DNA of 63,993 bases, filler included, from Dirinaria sp. TL-2023a (GCA_051941275.1; 5 parts of 5 records of this genome joined end to end with filler, not necessarily neighbours in it); one strand, 5' to 3'; shown: positions 1 through 13,190, counted from the first letter of the whole stretch. Translations and numbers: made by a program. Notes: generated by a model from the sequence alone, not told the origin.

Positions 1-1
1 A

Positions 2-2329
2 TTACTTGATGCACACGAACCCCAACCCCTCCCTGGCCCTCGCGTACGCCTTCTTCATCTTCTGCTCCTCCTCATCCGTCCACTGAACGCTCAGCTCATC
101 CCACTTCTTGCTCTTGAACTCCTTCTTAAAAGTCCCCTGCATCATCTGCATTCTCGCCAGTTCCTTCGGATCGCCCGTGCCGGTGTATACGATCAGCAGG
201 GAACAAGGAGGGAGGAAGTCGTGCACGGTTTTGATCTGCTGCACGAGCCGGGCGACGGCGTTTGAAAGCGTGGATCGCGACGGCTCGGCGGCACTTGCTG
301 TTTGCGTTGTCGTCGTGTCGGAGTCCTTTTGCGGGTGGCGGTTGTCGTTCGACCAGCCGCGCAGGGCTTCTAATTCCCGGAAGCGCGCCCACGTGAAATC
401 GACGCCGCCCCCGGGGATGTATGAGCCGGATTCGTCGCCGAGGACGGCGCGCCGGATCCCGGCTACGACGTCGTCGTCCGTGCTGCAGCCAATGCTGTAG
501 GTTGCCATGTGTCCGAAGTTCTTCTCGGGCTTGCCGTGGTCGATGATCGCGCCAGTTTTGCCGTCGTGCGCGTCATGCGCTTTGCTCACTCTTCCGGGTT
601 TGGGTACGCGAGAAAGGCGTTTGAAGATTGATTCGCGCTCTGCGTCTTGGCTGCCCCAATCGGGACCTTTTTCGCATTTGAGGCGCACCAGATCGATGCA
701 CACGCGCGCGTCCTCGATACTGTTGTGTCCTGTGCTGCCATGGCCTTTCTGGATTTCGCGGTTGAGGTATCTTTTGGATAGCCATTTGAGAGAGGATTTG
801 AGGGGCGGGCCGCGGGGGTGAGGGTAGAGTATCGCGGTGTCAATTATGAAGGGGTGGGTTAATTTCAGGGCATCGAGATCAGAGTTCAGGGATTGGCCGA
901 CAAGAATCGTTTGCGGTTTGATCAAGGTAAGGAGGCGTTGCTGGATGTCATTGAGAGTGGTTGTAGTGGAAGCAAGTTTGTCCTTTGTGATGCCGGAATA
1001 GCTACGAATGGATTAGCAGATGTGACTTGAGACTGTGGAGAGTAGTTACGGTGTTAGGTAGTCAATGATTGGCGTAGATGGCTTGACTAACTCGTCCATG
1101 ACCACTTTTCTGTCCCAATTGACGATGCTGATGCGTGTAAGAGCTGCTTCACCGCCCTCTACAGTGCACATCTCGCAGTCTATAGCCAGAATTGAACGGC
1201 CAGCCGAAATATTTCCTTTTGTAATGGGATTGGCCAAAAGGTCTCCCTCCTCGAGATTTTCGATTTTTGTATCGATCCAGCCATCTTCTACCGACTGCTT
1301 TTTCAATTTCCTCCATGAGGCTTCGTGCTCCTTTTCCTCTGTAGAAGAGAGATGTGCTGGATGAATAACGTAGTCGTTCTCTCGCAAGTCATCCACAGAA
1401 GTTAAATAAGCAACTACAGGCGTATATTTATTCTCCCAGATGTTGCCTGCGCTGGGTGGCTTTGGACCTCTGCTGTTCTTTGTTTGGCCCTTCTCCTGTG
1501 ACTTGGATACAGGCGCCGTAAGCATATGATGCAAAGGGGAATGAACTTTAGAAAATCTGTCATCGCCTGGTGCTCTGACAGGCCAGAGATGTACAAACAT
1601 ATCTGCTAGAGACTGTAGAGACACGGGAAGCTTCCCAGCATTCAGACATACTGGCAAGTAATCATCCGGAGATGTTAAGTTGGGCAGAGTCGGACTACCT
1701 ACATGCTCTACTGTTTGAGTAGCTACATGTGATTTTGGAGTGTTGCTTCTTTGCTTGTCGTCAGTATTGTTGGCTTTTGACTTAGCCTCGAGCTCAGATT
1801 CGGGCAAGATTAGAGAGAAATCTTCCGAAGATACTATATCATCCAATGCAATAGTACTGTTGAACATGCCTTTTTCTAGGCCAGGTACGAAAAGCACCAC
1901 AGCCTTCCTGACTGCCTGATGATGTCTTACAGATACCCATTGCGGCGCTATGCAGTCTGCGAGACAGTAGAGCAAAAGAGTACGCAAATCACTCAATTTT
2001 ATCATATGATGTAGCTGATGAAGCTCTGCGAACATTAAGCCAGGGTATCGGCTCTTGTCAATTTCAGCTTCTGTTTCTTCCTTTTTTGTCCTTTTGTTGC
2101 GAGAGCGAGTTTTTCTTAACACTGTCGTCCATCGATTTTGGTCTGGTGCAGGCTTGCCGCTTTTTCCTTCGTCCAAGATTTCGGAGTTGATTGCATCAGT
2201 TGAAGATATCTTTGGATCTTTAAGATGAGCAAGTGTCGCGCCAATGCCAACTGTTGAGGCTTCCGCAGTGTGAGGCTGAAAATCAGCCTCAAACTGAGCG
2301 CGAGAGCGTTTTTTTCTGCTTCTGCCCAT
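2..2329 (-). CDS. REX1: RNA exonuclease 1 (Rex1/Rnh70, DEDDh 3'-5' exonuclease), 2 exons
   Basis: Motifs AIDCEMC, LVGQSLNSDL, IIDTA and GHNSIEDA. The two ORFs are joined by a GT-AG intron at 1002-1049, giving IIDYLTPYSGIT. Stop at 2-4. Confidence 0.9.
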
Positions 2330-3352
2330 GGCGAACAGTTAGTCAAGTGTTTTGGCGATAAAGTTTGAGCAAGAGAAGTCGCGAGAGGAAGTATCGCGTC
2401 CGGGCATGTTAAGCCTATCAAGCCCTGACTGAGCCCTCATCAAATGTGATAATTCGCAAACCCTAAAAGACAATAACGTACAAGTACCGTACCTTAGTAC
2501 TTTAAGCTTCTACCACCTCAGATACGATTAAAAGGATTACAGGTTCAGACGATCTATGTGTATCTAGACTTAAAAATACAAAGTCATGAGTTAAGGATAT
2601 TTTCTATTCAGCGATGCCTCATGTGACTTTATCCTATGCTCTGGCAAAGTACTAATTTCGACCCGGCCAGCAGCTCATGGTCAAAACATATTAGCGAAAC
2701 AATGATGGAACATTACATTAACGAGGAGTCATCATCAGTTCCACAACTCATTAATACTGTCTTAGTCACAATGAAAGTGCCGAAAAAGCAACCACAAAAA
2801 TCGACCAATCTCCCTAGAGGTTGATCAAGGAATAGAAAAACTATTTCTTGTCAGTGCATGGAATATTTAATTAAAATTCACAGGGAGGATTGGAGCCGCA
2901 CATGAAAGAGAATCAGAAACATTGTCTACTACTCATCAAATTGTGGAATCGGGTTTACAAAATCGTGAGTACGTATCGCAGTGCAAGTAATGATGGAATC
3001 GATATATTATGGTTTTGCAATATCATAAGAGTCTGTTTGCAGAAATTGCTATGAGCACTCAGAATTTTTTTACTAAGCTACTGGAAAGCAATTTCGATTG
3101 CTTCTCGAAGCATAGATCTCGAATTTACAAGACTGTGAATGTGTATCGAAGTGCAAGTAATGATGGGACGGACATACCATTCTTTCTGGCTTTGCAAAAA
3201 GATTTTGCTTGCACAAGTCTCTATGGGCATTTAAAGAATGTCTGTTTAGCTACTCAAAAGCATTCATCGATATATCATTTTGCCAAGACCCAATCCCTTT
3301 CCAGCATGCTGGTGCAATGGGAAGCGACTCTTGCTCCCACATCAGATATCAT

Positions 3353-4202
3353 CTAGCATTGGCCATTGGTGTTGCAGAAATGCCTGTTATTGCGAGCGTT
3401 AGACTATCCAGCTTGCAACTGCGCCTGAGTTCATCAACTTACCAGCTGATGTTGATCTCTCCGGGAGGGTCGAGGTTACCACCAGTCAAAGCTTGGAAAG
3501 CCCCGTGACTCAAATCTAACAGGATTAGCTAATGGTCAAGGATTTCCACTGTTATCAACTTGTTCGCACCAAGATGGTTCTCGTCACAGCTGGGGCAAGT
3601 GTCTGCCACAGTAGCAACGACCACGTTACCAACTCCGTTGTTGCTTTGTCCTCCACCGGTGTTTGTAATCTGGATCTTTCGGCCGCAGTACGGGCCAGGA
3701 GACTGGTTGTTCTGCCAGTAGTTGGACAGCGCAATGATCTTGGACGAATCCTGCGCGAGACATCCATGTCAGCTGTGGAATATACGTGTTATGTGAAGGA
3801 TTCCTCGCAACATTCGAACATTTGTGCTTTCCTTTTACGAGTCTCAAACCCTGTCAAGCTTGTGGTATACAGATAGATACTGGTAAAAAGCGAAGAGCGG
3901 TCTGAAGATAAAGCAGACGTTGGAGTGGCTCAACCGGCACGGGCGCTGCAAAGAGTTTTTGAAGGGCAGACTGTTTGCTTGGGATATAGAGTTAAGTAGA
4001 GGAAAGAAATACCACTGACACTGTTGACTTGACCACAGGAACCTGCAGCTCCACCTTGCTCGTAGAAAGTGGCAACTCCGTCATGACTATTCACAGACCA
4101 TCAGCAAAACCGAATATCAAGCTATGTCTGGAAGAGTACCCACGTTACTGCCATAGCTTGGGTAGCCAAGAAGGCGCCAACGAAAAGGCTTTTGAAGAAC
4201 AT
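3353..4202 (-). CDS. Small secreted RlpA-like double-psi beta-barrel (expansin/loosenin-like) protein, 5 exons, 136 aa
   Basis: Spliced by hand from exons 4202-4144, 4086-4020, 3750-3570, 3515-3443 and 3383-3353 (all GT-AG introns, total 411 nt). Product: MFFKSLFVGAFLATQAMAVTHDGVATFYEQGGAAGSCG...YCGRKIQITN...VADTCPSCDENHLDLSHGAFQAL...ISWHFCNTNGQC. Signal peptide plus the ATFY, GSCG and DxCPxC..HLDLS motifs. Confidence 0.88.
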
Positions 4203-4298
4203 GATTGGTATTCGCTACTGAGTCGAGCTGAGCAAGAGACTGGATAGAATTCTTTGAGGTGTTAGATATGCTTGAGTTCTGTGGGTCCTTGCTCTGCC

Positions 4299-4304
4299 TT
4301 TATA
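4299..4304 (-). promoter_or_regulatory. Candidate TATA box of the expansin-like gene
   Basis: TATAAA on the minus strand about 97 bp upstream of the ATG at 4202. Confidence 0.5.
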
Positions 4305-6625
4305 CCTTTCGTCTTGAACATCAGCATGACTCCAAGCGAACTGGCTAAGCCGTCATGCTGCGCATCTTCCTCGTCCATGTCGGATCATTTGCTTCTAACA
4401 TTGGCCATCATCTGCTTAGTGATCGCAAAGGATGTGATGACCAAGATTTTGCACACTATGTTCGGTGATTACACTTCTCCATGAATAAGCCATTCAAGCG
4501 ATTGCTATAGAGTAGCACAACGTGAGTCTGACGAGTCACCCTGCGATGGGGGCCCGCCGCAGTTGCACTGAACCCCCCCTGGATGACAAGGCGTAGTCCC
4601 ATAAGTTGACGTCGGCTGCCTGGTCCGCATTTATTGGAGGAAAATTCGTGGCGACGGTTCGTAGACTCTCCCCTTCTTGAATACAGTCAGCCTTCCCGTT
4701 CAACAGAACATAATGGATCGGCGTTTATGAAGTGTGGCGGCAAGGTTCTCCAGACTCTCACAGAGATCCTTGAATATCTGTGGAGAACGGACTTCCGAGC
4801 AGCTCTGACATAAGACCGCACTTGCTGAACGATTACACCCTCCGATGTCTCAGATTGCGTAGAGTCCACCTATACTCCCGAGAGACGGACGTTGCAAACC
4901 CCTCATGACCTCCTGAGCCAGAGAAGAGGTATTATCCGTCAGATCCTAATGCCATTCTTGGTTACTTTCCCTGTTGCAAGCCGGTCCGGAGGCCAGGTTC
5001 GAGTCATGCGTGCCGTGTCAGGGTGCTAATTTCAAGCACACCAGTACCTCATGACAAAGACTGATCAACGGGTTGACGGTGTACAAGTCCTTTAAGGAAG
5101 ATCTATCTCCAAATTGGCAAACCGATAAAGTTACACATTGCTGTTTGTAGTAAGAGCACCAAAAAGAGATCACGAACATGAAGCAATACGCTGATTGGTT
5201 AGCTAAATAGATGAACACCCATTCTTCCCAGGGTATGAGATGACATCTGTCAGATGGATACGATCTGGACTGCATTTACCTGCATTTGCGGGGAACACAA
5301 CCCCGGATTTGGGCTAAGGTACCAGTGAAGCTCTGGCTTCATAGTCGTCCAGCTGATACTGTAGCATGGTGTGAGAAGCTTCGATATAATTGGGGAAGCT
5401 GATTATGATTAGACACATAAACTCGATCTTTGAAGGCGCATTCTATTCCAAGCTCGTCAAAAGCAAGCGACAGCATCCTCCCTCCGAATCACTGAAATAA
5501 GCACATAGGTAGAGCCTCGTGATGGAAAATATGGCCCCATAAGCATGGGGGTCAACGCCATCAGATGCTGACAGCAAAGCCCCCGCAATCAAAGTCCCTA
5601 TCAGCGCGGGATAGCAAAAGCAACTTACACGTAGAGCCGACGATGAATAATCGAGCCCATTCTCATATTGTAAGACCGAAACAGGATTCCGGTTGAGGTC
5701 CAGAATAGGTTCGGAATCCTTAGTCAAAAGAGCAACTTCCCCAAACGTTTTCGGATGGCTTATTTCTGAATCGCCAATTGATCCTTCTTGAGGTAAGCTT
5801 CACTCCACGTCCAGAGCTTAATCAAATTAGATGTGCTACAGTGAACGTGGAGCAATGATGGGGTACATCATAAGGTACGAACGATTCGCACAGCTGACGT
5901 GAGCGTGGTCCCAGGGCTTGCTTGCCTCCCCAAATATTACCATACACCTGGCACAGTCAGCAAAGATCTTCCGAAAGGTACGGTCCAATGATCTATAGCT
6001 ATGACATCGTGAGAATAGAACATCCGACCTCCTGGGCTGAAAAACATCATGCCATCATTACTAAACGGATCAAACTTGCTTGGAACCCTCTGAATCACAG
6101 ACACTGAGAACTCGCTCTCTGGGATCGTTGAAAGAAAAGCGAGACAAATATTTAGAGAGCATTTATTTCTCTCGTATAATATTAGCAGGGTTCCAGCGAA
6201 CCGCTGAGGTATGAACTTTCTCAATAGCGAGAAAAATGATTTGGAACTATGTCATTGTCAGCATTGCGCATAAGCCTATTTGAGCAGGATATCCTGATGA
6301 ATAAAACATTCTCCGTCACCGCAACTATTAGCAATAACGTGTAACATTCAGAGAATAGCGTCCGAGTTTTGATGTGTGCCGTAGATTGTAAGGTTACTAC
6401 GTTCCACTTTAAAGATGTATTTTCCGTGTGACCGTAGATGTCTCAAGGCAAAGTGCAAACGAGCTGTGCTGTAGCATCCACCAATCGATTGACGCGACAT
6501 TGGAAAAGTTGTCCAAAATACCTAATGCAAGTCTCTTGCGAGTAATCATATACAGTTAATGCAATCGAACCCCCATCCTGCAAGCCTACGCTGGACTCAT
6601 TGAGCGCTCCGAGCGTAAGCTCTGC

Positions 6626-8843
6626 CTAGTAGGTCCGCTTGAAGGGCGGTACAGCTTTACACTCGTTTTCGTCAAGCGTATTTCCTACGACCTTTCTGTA
6701 CCCTAACTGAACTGGACCTTGTGGATCTCGCTGGAAGCTGAGAGTATGCTTCATCCACTCTTTGTCGTCCCTCTCGGGAAAGTCCTCTCTTGCATGCGCT
6801 CCTCTTGATTCTTTTCTGTTCGCCGCTGACTCGGCTGTCTGCACTGCACACGTTAGAAGATTCCGGAGTTCCAGGGATTCAACGAGATCGCTGTTCCAAA
6901 TCATGCTCCTGTCTTTGGTGCCTAGATCCGCGTATTGGGCATCTACGTCTTTGATACGTCGTACACCTTCGTCGAGGGATTCTTGTGTACGAAAGACGGA
7001 GACGTCTGTCTGCATTACTTTCTGCATGGCGCCGCGAATCTCGCTCGTGGGCTTAGGACCGGAGGCTGTACGGACTTTGTCAAGCACACTGATGCTGTCG
7101 GCGCCGGCGTCGCCACGGATATCTTGATGTGGTAGGCCAGGCTCGAAATTGTCTCTGATCGTGTGAGAAACCGCTCGGCCAAAAACGATGAGATCGAGCA
7201 AGGAATTTGCACCAAGGCGGTTGGCGCCGTGGACGGAAACACATGCTGCTTCACCGCAAGCAAAAAGACCAGGGACGACCTTATCCTCACCATTCTCGTC
7301 AACGGTGATGACCTCGCCAGTGTACTTGGTAGGAATACCGCCCATGTTATAGTGGACCGTGGGGAGAACTGGGATGGGCTGTTTGCGGACGTCGACACCC
7401 GAGAATATGGAGGCAGTCTCCGAAATGCCTGGTAGGCGGTCATGTAACACTTCAGGTGGGAGATGTGAGAGCTGTAAATAGATATGGTCCTTATCGGGTC
7501 CGACTCCACGACCTTCACGGATCTCCATGGTCATGGAGCGAGAGACGACATCTCGACTTGCAAGATCTTTAGCTGTAGGGGCGTAGCGTTCCATAAATCG
7601 TTCACCTTCAGAGTTAAGCAAGTACCCTCCCTCGCCTCGGGAGCCTTCAGTAATTAAGCAGCCGGCTCCATAAATACCGGTTGGATGGAATTGGACAAAC
7701 TCGAGGTCTTGGTTTGGTAGACCGGCTCGAGCGACCATAGCCATCCCATCTCCTGTGCACGTATGGGCTGATGTGCAGCTGAAGTATGCTCGGCCATACC
7801 CGCCAGTTGCCAATACGGTGTTGTGCGATCGGAAGCGATGTAAGGTCCCATCTTCCTGATTGTAGGCTATGACACCCTTACATGCGCCGTCCTCCATGAG
7901 CAAGTCCATGGCGAAGAATTCGATAAAATAATTGGTATTATGCCGTAACGACTGGCCATATAAAGTGTGAAGAAGAGCATGGCCTGTCCTGTCTGCCGCA
8001 GCGCAACATCGATATGCTTGGCCACCCTTGCCATACTTCTGTGACTGTCCTCCGAATGCTCTTTGGTAGCTGCCGAGAATTAGTAGGCTTCACGTTGTGC
8101 TATGAAAACGCTGAGCTTACATCTTCCCCTCGTCTGTTCTCGAGAAGGGGCACCCATAATTTTCCAGTTCAATCACACTTTGTGACGCTTCCCTAGTCAT
8201 GTAATGAATAGCGTCTTGGTCTCCTAGCCAGTCCGAACCCTTCACAGTGTCGTACATATGCCACCTCCAGTCGTCTTCGTGCATACTACAGGCCGTCAAC
8301 GGTCACTCCTGCCAATCCTGGTCACCCGCATGGTTCTTACTTTCCAAGCGCAGCGTTTATTCCACCTTGTGCGGCCACAGTGTGACTTCTTGTAGGGAAT
8401 AATTTGGAGATGCATGCCGTATTGAAGCCCGCCTCTGCGAGACCGAAGGCCGCTCGAAGTCCTGATCCACCAGCGCCGACGACGAGCGCATCATATTCGT
8501 GGTCCTGGAGTGTTTATTTAGTCAAGTTTCTTGCGCTACTCCCACTGGCATACTCACGACAATGGCGTAATTATGATTCACGAATGGCGAGGCTTCCTTC
8601 GCGCGCAGTGGCTGATTCGCGATTATCCGTGCTAAGTTGAGTTAGTCAAGCAGACTCTAAGCGCCATATGAAAGATTATCGTACCGGCAGGCCTGGTAGT
8701 TGAGAAGAACCTGGTATGTCTCGCAGACCTTGCACCCTAAGAGATCTTATGTGAGCCTCCGCCCCTCATCTCGGAGTAATGGACTGGGGAACAAAACTAA
8801 CGTTTGGTGCTGCTGCAAGGCGCCGCAGACAGATTGAAGTCAT
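6626..8843 (-). CDS. SDH1: Succinate dehydrogenase flavoprotein subunit, mitochondrial (multi-exon)
   Basis: [11 protein letters not shown]-binding motif, [42 protein letters not shown]. Arg-rich presequence [12 protein letters not shown]. Several short 5' exons. Confidence 0.96.
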
Positions 8844-9010
8844 CTTGGAGCACGAAAAAGACTGCAGGCACACCGAGGCCGAGCGACTACAGCTGCAATC
8901 ATACGCTGTGACAATTGTGAACCAAGACAGGACGACGCCCTTGAAGACGTCAAGTAATGGCATTCAAGCGCCTAGTCTCATTTAGGAAACAGCCGCGGCA
9001 CGCATCTCGG

Positions 9011-9015
9011 CCAAT
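9011..9015 (+). promoter_or_regulatory. CCAAT box upstream of SDH1 (possible HAP/CBC site)
   Basis: GGCCAATCA in the 254-bp gap between CCT4 and SDH1. Respiratory genes are typical HAP-complex targets. Confidence 0.35.
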
Positions 9016-9097
9016 CACAATCAGATATTTGCAAGCAAAATCTTCACGTGTTTTATGGGCTGGAAAGGGTTGTTCAATTTGATACTTGCTGCCAGAC

Positions 9098-11064
9098 CTA
9101 TCGTGACAATGCTATGTCGTCTATGCGTAATAGCATTTTGACTGTCTCGGCCGCTAGCTCCACTGCACTTGTGCTTACCAGCAACGGCTGTAGCACATTC
9201 TCTTCCGCTATGTTGTTCTTGACTCCACCACTACGGATGCTTACTCCAGCATTCCTCTCCCCAAACTCATGTCGATGCCTGAGATCCGTGACCACCTTTA
9301 TGCTGTTCAGGCCGGCGTTTTCTGCTAAGGTGGTCGGGATCACCTCCATTGCATCTGCAAAAGCCTTCCAGCAGATGGACTCAGTCCCGGTGAGACTTCT
9401 CGACTGGTGGCTGAGTGACTGAGCAATGGCAATCTCCGGAGCCCCTCCACCTGCTATCAGGGCTTTCTTCTTCACTAAGCACCTAATGACACAGAGAGCG
9501 TCATGGAGACTTCGTTCCGCTTCGTCTAGGATTAGTGAGTTAGCACCTCTGCATACGATCGACACTGTCTGGCCGGCGCCTTTATGGGTTACTCCAGTGA
9601 CTTTCACTGTTCGAGATCCAAATTCTTGGACTTCTTCAATCCGCTCTGCGGAGCCTAACTTCTCCTCCGTAAACGACTTTATATCCGCTATTGGCTTGCA
9701 GCCAGTGCTCTTGCAGATAAACTCGACTTCGTCTCTTTCAATGTCCTTGACCGCTAAGATATTCAACTTCGATAAAAAGTGCAGGCTAAGATCGTTGACT
9801 GCATCTCTCAAAATTGACTTCTGAATGAATAGAGCGTTACATTTAGCTTTTTTGATCTTCTTGACCATGTCCAGTAGATAGGTGCGTTCTTCTTTTAATA
9901 TCTTGTCCATTTGTCGGTAGTCATTCACCACGATCTGATTTTCCATCTTTCATGGGTTAGTCATTGCAGATGAAGAAGAAAGTCCGGTACTTACATCTGG
10001 TTTTGGAGGACTAAGCTGGAATTGTATCAAGCCTATCCGCGCTTTCTCCATTCTGGCAGGACCTCCCCCACTTTTCACTACAGGCTGATTCAGAACTAGA
10101 CCATCGACCATCTCACTGTCTTCAATAGTACCGCCGACCCTTTTGATGATTCGTATATTCTTCAGATCGACGTTGTCCGCAGTTTTGGGATCAATGGTTT
10201 TAAGAACAGCGTCTACGGCAATAGGACCGAGAAGACTGGAATGCTGCGAAACAATTTTAGATGACAAGGATGTAGAAGCGGCTTGTAAGAGGGTTGGGCG
10301 GTCTGATAGTGAGATTGGATGCGACATTTTATGTAGAACCTCAACCGCCGCGGCCGCGGCTCGCTGGAACGATTCTGAAATAACGGTTGGGTGTATCCCT
10401 TTGCTTTTGATTAGTGGTGAATCGCTCATAATTTGAAGGGTCTAACCCTTCGCGAGCAATCTGTCTGCGGCTCCCAACAGGCTTCCTGCGATCACAACAA
10501 CGGATGTGGTACCGTCACCGGCTTCCACGTCTTGAGCAGCTGCTAGGTCGACCAGCATCTTAGCTGCAGGATGCATGACGCTCATGTCCTTTAGCATGGT
10601 GTTGCCATCGTTGGTCTTCAAATATCAGCCTCGAATTCCCTCCTAAAAGTACTTCTGCTAGGTCCTGAAGCTCACGATTATCGTTTCGCCTTTTCCGGTT
10701 TGTATCTGCCTTATTGTCAGACTAGAGCTCCCAGGTATGTGGAGCTTTCATACCATCTTGTCCATGCCCCTTGGACCTAAGGACTATTTGAGTGATTTAG
10801 CTCAACGTGATGAGAAGCCTTTGCAGCCGAAGCTTACAGTCCGTATTGCGTCAGCGACAGCTGAAGATCGTCAGAAAGGCGCTGACTGAGATTCGGCCAG
10901 GAAAATACCTCGAGCTGCCATTATATTGGCATTCCGAACAGCCATGGGCTTCTCCTTGTCCTGTAGCGTACCTTAGCAGCACGCACATACCAGGCGTTTG
11001 GACCCATCCATACTTTAAAGGCATTGTTGCCCGCATTGGAGCTGGGCGCGACAGTAGTGGCCAT
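9098..11064 (-). CDS. CCT4: T-complex protein 1 subunit delta (chaperonin CCT4), multi-exon
   Basis: Spliced N-terminus [26 protein letters not shown], then [50 protein letters not shown] and AGGGAPE. C-terminus [10 protein letters not shown]. Confidence 0.95.
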
Positions 11065-11496
11065 GTCCAGGCCACTGTTATATGAAACTTCTCCTCGAAT
11101 GTTTTACAATCTCTCAATTTTTCTTGGTCCGCTATTCGAGGTTGGCGTGAGTAAAGCCATATCGTGCTAGAGCAGTGCCTGGTCGCGTCTCTCGGTTCGT
11201 GTGAATTTCTTCGGAGTCGCGCCCTTAGCGCCGGCGAATCGGCGCTTGAATTGATCCGCCAAGCTGACATCAGTCATCAACTTCACGCCCTTTCTGGAAG
11301 GATTTTGGGTGTTTGTAGACCTTGTAGACAACTCCTTCACTTCGTCGAGCCTCAGACCTTCAATACCTGATCATATCGAACTCCTATTGCCATCTCGACA
11401 GAAGAAAATAATCCGACTTCTAGCAGGGTTTGGCATAAATACATTTTGGTCCAGCTTAATCCCACTTACGCCAGCTTTTCTTCGCGGGAGCTCACT

Positions 11497-13059
11497 ATGC
11501 CCAGCGCAACTGGACAAAACTGGGAGAAATACAAGAAGGAATTTGCAGATGATGAAGAACCAGAGAAAAAGATCACGCCCTTGACAGATGAGTACGTCAA
11601 AGCTGGCGAAGCATTTTGCAAAGCTCAAGCTATTGGCGTAGGAGCCTATACTGACTTGACTGTTATACAGGGACATCCAAGTCCTGAAAACGTATGGTGC
11701 TGCACCATACGCGGCCGGTTTGAAGCGGCTAGAGAAGCAGATCAAGGAAAAGCAAACTAGCGTCAACGAGAAAATAGGTAAGCTCAATGTTGGCAAAAAT
11801 ACTCTAAGCTTCTATGGCGGCTGATCCTTGCTACAGGTGTCAAGGTAACCTCAAAAGCTTGAAACTGCATCATTTCCGAAGCTCATGGCTTTCAGGAATC
11901 AGACACAGGTCTTGCGCCACCGCACCTATGGGACATAGCAGCAGACCGACAACGAATGTCCGAAGACCATCCCCTACAAGTCGCCCGATGCACGAAAATA
12001 ATACAAGACGAGAAAGACACCGAGAAAAGCAAATATGTCATCAATGTCAAGCAAATCGCCAAATTTGTCGTGAAGCTGGGCGAGCGGGTTAGTCCGACAG
12101 ATATCGAGGAGGGTATGCGAGTAGGGTACAGTTTCACCATTCCCTACAACCTCACTCCATGGTATTAACGAAAAATAAGCGTCGACCGCAATAAATACGA
12201 AATTCTCCTCCCTTTACCACCCAAGATCGACCCCTCCGTCACCATGATGACCGTGGAAGACAAGCCTGACGTGACCTACGGCGACGTAGGCGGCTGTAAA
12301 GAGCAGATCGAAAAGATCCGGGAAGTCGTAGAAATGCCTCTGCTGTCTCCTGAGCGGTTCGTCAACCTCGGTATCGACCCACCGAAAGGTGCTCTCCTCT
12401 ACGGGCCCCCAGGCACAGGCAAAACCCTCTGCGCGCGCGCCGTCGCCAACCGCACAGACGCCACCTTCATCCGCGTGATCGGCAGCGAACTGGTCCAAAA
12501 ATACGTCGGCGAGGGCGCACGCATGGTGCGCGAATTATTCGAGATGGCCCGCACAAAGAAAGCGTGCATCATCTTCTTCGACGAGATCGACGCCGTGGGC
12601 GGGGCGCGCTTCGACGACGGCGCCGGCGGCGACAACGAAGTCCAGCGCACAATGCTGGAGCTCATCACGCAGCTCGACGGCTTCGACTCCCGCGGCAACA
12701 TCAAGGTCATGTTCGCCACCAACCGGCCCTCGACCCTCGACCCGGCCTTGATGCGTCCCGGCCGGATCGATCGCAAGATCGAGTTCGCGCTCCCGGATCT
12801 CGAGGGGCGGGCCAACATCCTCCGGATCCACGCCAAGAGCATGTCCGTCGAGCGAGATATCCGCTGGGAGCTGATCTCGCGGTTATGTCCCAACAGCACG
12901 GGGGCCGAACTCCGGAGCGTGGCGACCGAGGCCGGCATGTTCGCCATCCGGGCCCGGAGGAAGGTGGCGACTGAAAAGGATTTCTTGGCCGCGGTGGATA
13001 AGGTCATCAAGGGCAATTTGAAGTTTAATTCCACGGCTTCTTATATGCAGTATAATTAG
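11497..13059 (+). CDS. RPT1: 26S proteasome regulatory AAA-ATPase subunit 7 (Rpt1), multi-exon
   Basis: [12 protein letters not shown] start, [24 protein letters not shown] Walker [11 protein letters not shown]alker B, C-terminus YMQYN. Confidence 0.97.
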
Positions 13060-13190
13060 TTAGGGAGAGGAGGCCGAATGTACAATAAATAGGCGTTTGG
13101 GAAAGAGTATTAGCATCAGCATTCGAAAGCAGCATCAAAGACACTTTTTGTCGTTCTAGTCATATCATATATCACCATCCCAAGTATCCC

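Noticed and set aside
4980..5020. GGTTCGAGTC T-loop-like motif suggesting a tRNA
   Set aside because: No T-stem pairing, acceptor stem or D-arm. No tRNA or rRNA is supported anywhere in the window.
4500..6400. Possible degraded multi-exon gene on the minus strand (ORFs 5443-5727 and 5937-6224)
   Set aside because: Some splice-like signals, but I could not build a continuous frame or recognise a family.
12214..13034. Long antisense or alternative-frame ORFs over RPT1 (also over SDH1, SPP1, SPT5 and REX1)
   Set aside because: Expected shadow ORFs of GC3-rich coding sequence, with no recognisable products.
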